Below, piece by piece: positions 63,870-64,000 of a stretch of 64,000 nt of DNA (within the stretch, counting starts at the first letter, position 1; every line of letters starts with the position of its first letter). The notes below the pieces were generated by a model. The model saw nothing but the letters and a program-made list of their open reading frames with translations. It ran no database searches and had not been told where the DNA came from. The DNA comes from Octopus sinensis. Taxonomy: Eukaryota. The stretch covers positions 23,250,001 to 23,314,000 of the forward strand of contig NC_043017.1 of the NCBI RefSeq assembly GCF_006345805.1. The letters are read 5' to 3'. Both the position numbers and the translations under genes were made by a program.

Positions 63870-64000
63870 CAGCAAGATTAAATACGTATGGATATCATCC
63901 CACAAGTTTCATCCACTTCAAGTGATCATCACTTCTTTATGCAACAGCCCTCATCCATGAGCATCACATGACCAAACCAAGGCAGTGGTCTCTCTTGCAC
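63870..64000 (-). mobile_element. RTE-clade LINE fragment running off the window end
   Basis: VQERPLPWFGHVMLMDEGCCIKK**SLEVDETCG matches the RLRWFGHV.RM motif. Confidence 0.8.

Noticed and set aside
1-64000. CRISPR arrays, rRNA genes, prokaryotic operons or defence systems
   Set aside because: No regularly spaced repeat-spacer arrays, rRNA-like sequence or gene-dense coding DNA; the sequence is eukaryotic repeat-rich DNA.

Overview
Eukaryotic, AT-rich, extremely microsatellite-rich genomic DNA. The SINE families and (TACA)n/(CA)n/(GA)n load point to an octopus genome (inference from recognised repeat sequences). No intact long CDS, rRNA, true tRNA gene or CRISPR array is visible, and almost all ORFs in the supplied track are translations of simple repeats. 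The window is mainly a nested transposon graveyard: at least four tRNA-headed SINE families; RTE, Tx1/L1-like and CR1/L2-like LINE fragments; one full-length and one 3'-incomplete decayed mariner; two further Tc1/mariner fragments; two hAT transposase remnants; and several MITEs (hAT-type, piggyBac-type, foldback). Highlights: (i) a GGATC-ended MITE family with interstitial TTAGGG repeats and a conserved CCAAT-TGACGT motif, present as one asymmetric copy with an 8-bp TSD and three palindromic two-same-ends derivatives; (ii) a duplicated, inverted, apparently constrained coding exon (36809-36920 + / 38508-38639 -) that may belong to an unrecognised minus-strand gene with phase-1 exons; (iii) a hairpin-dense RTE-like non-coding element; (iv) a CpG-poor, microsatellite-poor domain from about 50 kb that looks like a methylated gene body. 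All coordinates and counts were read by eye.
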